IMG/VR virus record: IMGVR_UViG_3300048998_000127
Span: 1 to 56,774 of that record
Source of the DNA: a virus
Taxonomy: Duplodnaviria; Caudoviricetes
Direction: 5' to 3' (one strand)
DNA length: 56,774 nt
Position 1 is the stretch's first letter, and every line of letters starts with the position of its first letter. Below are positions 52,920 to 56,774 of this stretch, in pieces. The position numbers were made by a program, and so were the translations under genes. Under the pieces are notes generated by a model. The model searched no databases, was not told the origin of the DNA, and saw only the letters and a program-made list of their open reading frames with translations.

Positions 52920-53527
52920 GCCTTCGCCGTCAACCAGCGCCACACCTGGAGCAGCTGCTCCACCGGCACCAGGAGGTCATTGGAGTCGTTCATGAGCATC
53001 TTCCAGCGGCGCAGCGACGAGCCGGCCTCGAACTCCGTGAACTTCACCGACTCGCCGTATGGGCGCAGGCTGCCATCCGGCGCGATGAAGCGGGCCTCCG
53101 GTTCGTCGTCCAGCAGCTCCTGGGTGGCGTAGGCGGCCACCGGCTGCTCCGTCACGGCGAGCTGACCGGAGATCCCCGTCTCCGTATAGCCGTCCCAGGA
53201 AGTCGGGCTGTCGCCGACGGGGTAGGCCAGCGCGTCCGGCTGCGGCGGCTCCTGCGGCGCGGCGGCCGGGAACCAGTCGGCCGGCGTTCCGTCAGCGTCG
53301 TCCAGCATGCGGCGAACCGCAGACTGCACGGCCTCGATCAGATCCAGCGCACCGTCCCCGCCCTTGATGGCGGCCAGCCGGTTGATGCGCGCGATCTGCA
53401 CCGGGTCGATCACCGGGATGGCCCCGAACGTGTAGACGGTGGAGTTGTTGCTGTCGGTCCAGAAAGCGAAGTCGAATTCGACCCGCTTGCCGCCCTCTGG
53501 TGCTACTGCGAAGGTTTCCCTTGCCAT
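52895..53527 (-). CDS. Tail assembly chaperone
   Basis: Upstream of TMP, ends at the slippery site. Confidence 0.8.
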   Translation of the reverse strand: MARETFAVAPEGGKRVEFDFAFWTDSNNSTVYTFGAIPVIDPVQIARINRLAAIKGGDGALDLIEAVQSAVRRMLDDADGTPADWFPAAAPQEPPQPDALAYPVGDSPTSWDGYTETGISGQLAVTEQPVAAYATQELLDDEPEARFIAPDGSLRPYGESVKFTEFEAGSSLRRWKMLMNDSNDLLVPVEQLLQVWRWLTAKAGKGRTGR

Positions 53528-53542
53528 GTCCGTCCCCTTTGT

Positions 53543-53950
53543 TCAGCCTGCCGCGTAAATCATACTGCGCTCAATGAAGTGTGAGCCGGTGGTGCCGGGG
53601 TGGTTGACCCGCTTGGCGAACACGATCCGCCCGCCTTTGTCGACGAACCGCAGGAATTGCTTGTTGCGTGGCAGAATCACATGCGGTCGAGTGCCCTGGT
53701 CTTCGTACCACGTGTAGTCGATATTGCGCGAACCAGCGACCACAGTCACACTGGGACGCGACGTTTTGTAGCTGCGCTGCTTTCGAATGGTCGACAACAA
53801 ATAGCCGGTGCGCTTGCGCACATATGCCTGTTGCACGGTCTGCACGCGGGTGGCCCGGCGCTCGATGTCCTGCATGACGGGGCCGTTCTTGTCGGCCACC
53901 CACAGGCGCACCTCATCGTCATAGATGACCACCTCGCCCGGCGCGGTCAT
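53543..53950 (-). CDS. HK97 gp10-like neck/tail completion protein
   Basis: RTGYL..TI...GTRPHVI.P....LRF....VFAKRVNHPGT. Confidence 0.8.
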   Translation of the reverse strand: MTAPGEVVIYDDEVRLWVADKNGPVMQDIERRATRVQTVQQAYVRKRTGYLLSTIRKQRSYKTSRPSVTVVAGSRNIDYTWYEDQGTRPHVILPRNKQFLRFVDKGGRIVFAKRVNHPGTTGSHFIERSMIYAAG

Positions 53951-53954
53951 CGCG

Positions 53955-54500
53955 CTACACCAGCAGCGCGGCGGAGATCGTCACGCCACCCTCAGCCGCC
54001 ATGTAGCCGCCCTGCGGCCCGACCGGCACGACCACTCCGCCGGTGGCGAGGATGCCGCCGCCGAAGTGCAGCACGCCCGTGTTGCCCGGGGTCGTCACCG
54101 ACTGGCACCACTGGAACAGGGCCTGCGACAGGAGGCCGACGTCCCGCATGAAGACCAAGCCCTTGGCGTGGATCTCCTCCGGGTCCGGCGGCTCGCCATC
54201 CTCCTGCGACACCGCAGCGCAGCGCACGAGCTGCACCGTGAACTGGGCATGCCGCAGCGAGTTGGCCGCGAGGTGCGGCGTCTGCATGGGGCCGACGGCG
54301 CTCGCCGGCACGTCCATGTCAATGGCGGTCAGGGCCACGGTGAGCTGTTCGCAGTCCCATGCGATCAGGCGCACCTCGCCGCCCGTGATGATCTGGATCG
54401 CGGGCAGCGGCTCCGCGTCGGTGGCGTCCGCCCAGAAGTCGATGACGTACGCCAGGAGGTCGGAGGCGAGCTGCTTGACGTTGATGCCCTGGTTGGTCAC
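53955..54500 (-). CDS. Tail terminator-like protein
   Basis: AWDCEQLTV...VQLVRC...PVGPQGG. Confidence 0.75.
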   Translation of the reverse strand: MTNQGINVKQLASDLLAYVIDFWADATDAEPLPAIQIITGGEVRLIAWDCEQLTVALTAIDMDVPASAVGPMQTPHLAANSLRHAQFTVQLVRCAAVSQEDGEPPDPEEIHAKGLVFMRDVGLLSQALFQWCQSVTTPGNTGVLHFGGGILATGGVVVPVGPQGGYMAAEGGVTISAALLV

Positions 54501-55003
54501 CGCTCCTCCGCATCCAGTGCGGCGAGCGCGTCTTCCAGGTTGGGCTTGGCCTTCGCCTTGCGAGGCGTACTCGGCTTGCGGGCCGGCTTCCGTTGTGCCC
54601 CAGTTCCGGATGCCGGCTTCTTCCGCTGCGGCTCCGCCTCCACCAGTCCGGCGTCCGCCAGCGCGGTCTCCAGCTCTGCTGTGGCGCTACCCGCCGGTGC
54701 CGGTGACTCCTCCGGCTCGTCGTCAGACGGAAAGCTGTTGGCCGCACCCACGCCGATGGCCGCTTCGAACTCCTGGCCCAGATCGGCCAGCTCGGCCAGG
54801 AGCCGCGCGCGATCGGCGGCGATGGTCAGGGATTCGGCCAGCGGCGTGACGTCCACGGTCACGACGACGTTGGCGGGCAGCTCGTGGCCGGCCTCGGCGA
54901 AAGCGTCACGCGCGAGGCTGGTCAGTCGCTCCTGCATGCCGGCGAACGCGACGTTCCGGGGGTGGTGCGGCGAGTCGGCCGGAGCCTTCGGGTCAATGCG
55001 CAA
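54497..55003 (-). CDS. Hypothetical protein with Lys/Pro-rich C-terminus
   Basis: Lies in head-tail connector cluster. Confidence 0.6.
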   Translation of the reverse strand: MRIDPKAPADSPHHPRNVAFAGMQERLTSLARDAFAEAGHELPANVVVTVDVTPLAESLTIAADRARLLAELADLGQEFEAAIGVGAANSFPSDDEPEESPAPAGSATAELETALADAGLVEAEPQRKKPASGTGAQRKPARKPSTPRKAKAKPNLEDALAALDAEER

Positions 55004-55012
55004 CGTCGTCCC

Positions 55013-55807
55013 CTACGGTGCGATGGTGGTCACGGGTAGATCGGGTGACCAGATACTAGCCTGCTGCGGTCGGGACTGAGGGTTCACCGCGCCCAGCCAT
55101 AGGTCCACCAGGTACAGGCCGGTGCGCCCCTGGTTGAGGAAAGTCTGCGGATCGATGACGGTCATGGTCACGCCCTCGCGGGACACCGTCGTCACCCGGT
55201 CGGGCAGCTTGCAGCCCTTGATGTCGTTCAGGGCCTTGGCGAACTCGATGGCCATCTGCACCACGGCGGTGACCGCGCCCATGGGCGGGGCCGCGCCGAA
55301 CTGGTAGGTGACGCTGGTCGAGTCGTCGCAGACACCCCAGCCGAGGCCGTCGGTGCGCCGAAGCCAGCCGGTGCGCTCCAGCTCCCAGTCCGCGAAGGGC
55401 TCGCCGTTGATGGTCACCGACGTCACGGCGCTGATCTTGTTGCGCGGCAGGCGTACGGCGACGGGCGACATGATGTGCACGCCCAGGAACACCGACGACG
55501 GCCACAGGTAGCCGTCCATCCACGAGCCGGTCAGCCAGCACGAGCAGGAGCCCCACGTGCGGTTGTAGGGCCAGTCGCCGCGCCCCGGCGTGGCCGCCAC
55601 CGACCGCAGTACCGCCGTCTCCTCGCAGCCCTGGCCGGACCATTGGCGGCCGGACAGCATCCACAGGACCTCGGACGCGAACATCAGCGGCTTCGTCCAG
55701 GCCCCGTCGTCCTCCAGGCCCAGCTTCGCCTTCGTCGCGTCCGGCACGTCCCCCGGGGTGGCCCACGGGGAGCACAGCACCGGGGAAGTCGGTGCGGGCT
55801 CCGTCAT
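55013..55807 (-). CDS. Head-to-tail adaptor
   Basis: ASEVLWMLSGRQW...CKLPDRVTTVSREGVT...TGLYLVDLWL..VNP. Confidence 0.85.
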   Translation of the reverse strand: MTEPAPTSPVLCSPWATPGDVPDATKAKLGLEDDGAWTKPLMFASEVLWMLSGRQWSGQGCEETAVLRSVAATPGRGDWPYNRTWGSCSCWLTGSWMDGYLWPSSVFLGVHIMSPVAVRLPRNKISAVTSVTINGEPFADWELERTGWLRRTDGLGWGVCDDSTSVTYQFGAAPPMGAVTAVVQMAIEFAKALNDIKGCKLPDRVTTVSREGVTMTVIDPQTFLNQGRTGLYLVDLWLGAVNPQSRPQQASIWSPDLPVTTIAP

Positions 55808-55868
55808 GTGGACCACCTCCGGGGTTCGCGCTGGCCGGGGGACGTTCGGCCAGCTTCAGGCTACGGGG

Positions 55869-56525
55869 TCAGGCGACCGTGACGAACCCTGGCGTCAGGG
55901 TGGGGATGTCCGCCTCCCGCAGGTACTGCCAGACGCGCGAGGCGTCCCGGGTGAAGTCGGCCGCCGGGCCGGTGCCCCAGCCGCTGTTCTCCGCGCCGGT
56001 GCCCTCGAACACGGGGGTGAGCGGGTTGGACTCCTCCGCCGTGAACTCGGACGACAGCTTCAGCTGCACGCGCGGCAGGATCCAGTGGAAGTACGGCAGG
56101 CTGGCACTGATCGTGCCGTTGCCCAGCGCGTTGGTCCACAGCTCCAGCGACAGGCCGTTGGGGTTGGGGACGGATCCGACGGCCGGGGCCTGGTAGCCCA
56201 GGTCCGGAGCCGGGGTGCCGGTCCCCTCGTACACGGTGCCGCCCAGCACGAAGGACATCACGTTCGGGTCCGGCGTGCAGATGGTCAGGTCCTTGATCGT
56301 CGCCTGCTTCAGCGTCGAAGGGGCCTGGTAGTACAGGCAGATCTTGCCGGCACCGTTGTTCTGGCTGACGGCGCTCGGATCGTCGTAGTCCAGGCCGATC
56401 GACGCCTTGATCAGCGACGTGGTCACGTAGCACGTGTTCGAGCCGGTCATGACGCTACCGTCTGCGTTCAGCTTCGTCAGCCGCATGCCCAGTGCGAACA
56501 GCGAACCCTGGTTGTCGTATGCCAT
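55869..56525 (-). CDS. Major tail protein
   Basis: MRLTKLNADG...NGAGKIC...ICTPDP...LELWT...YFHWILP. Confidence 0.88.
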   Translation of the reverse strand: MAYDNQGSLFALGMRLTKLNADGSVMTGSNTCYVTTSLIKASIGLDYDDPSAVSQNNGAGKICLYYQAPSTLKQATIKDLTICTPDPNVMSFVLGGTVYEGTGTPAPDLGYQAPAVGSVPNPNGLSLELWTNALGNGTISASLPYFHWILPRVQLKLSSEFTAEESNPLTPVFEGTGAENSGWGTGPAADFTRDASRVWQYLREADIPTLTPGFVTVA

Positions 56526-56543
56526 CGGTCAGTTCACCTTCTC

Positions 56544-56774
56544 TCAGCCGGGCGGGGTCACGTCACCCGGGAGGGAGACGGCGATTGCGAAGTGTCCGCA
56601 CGGGTCGTAGGTGGCCGCTGCGGCGCGTTCCGCCACGAACGTCCGGGTGTTGTTGGCCACCGTCACGAAGTCGTAGGTGGCGATGCTGGCCAGCCGCACC
56701 TGTACCGGCGCGGTGGCGTACATCCACACCTGACCGGGCGTGGCCGCAGCGTTCGCCGGCCCAGAGCCGTCATA
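56544..56774 (-). CDS. Major capsid pentamer-type protein, C-terminal part
   Basis: In frame with 1..751 across the overlap; NNTRTFVAER..AATYDPCG. Confidence 0.8.
   Translation of the reverse strand, partial: YDGSGPANAAATPGQVWMYATAPVQVRLASIATYDFVTVANNTRTFVAERAAAATYDPCGHFAIAVSLPGDVTPPG
56648..56774. repeat. Terminal direct repeat, right copy
   Basis: Identical to 1-127. Confidence 0.95.

Noticed and set aside
1-56774. Alternative genetic code (UGA recoding suggested by the UCA loop)
   Set aside because: All core genes are full length in code 11, and TGA is used as a stop in many start/stop overlaps

Overview
The window is a complete, circularly assembled high-GC siphovirus genome of an actinobacterial host. 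Positions 1-127 repeat exactly at 56648-56774, so the unit length is 56,647 bp. Virion genes lie on the minus strand and wrap through the origin: TerS/TerL, a portal-MuF fusion, a 928-aa multidomain maturation protease, separate hexamer and pentamer capsid proteins, tail tube, a frameshifted tail chaperone, tape measure, minor tails and holin. Replication is lambda-like (HTH initiator with internal iterons, loader, DnaB), with ERF, SSB, RusA-like and HNH genes. I see no integrase, ParAB or DNA polymerase. Two islands of tiny genes (about 2.8-10.3 kb and 16-28 kb) interrupt the head operon. Main points of interest: (i) about 10 copies of a ~100-bp promoter cassette in front of small genes, several with the -35 box in the loop of a co-varying inverted repeat; (ii) a ~600-nt non-coding operon (17.77-18.38 kb) holding two aberrant tRNA-like folds and a rod with two sarcin-ricin/loop-E (AGUA/GAA) motifs; (iii) a 2H-phosphoesterase (Acb1-like) domain embedded in the capsid protease; (iv) an Acb2/Tad1-like sponge candidate; (v) four tandem divergent ~80-90-aa proteins ending in V/I-x-W. 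All calls come from motif recognition by eye; no searches or folding programs were run.
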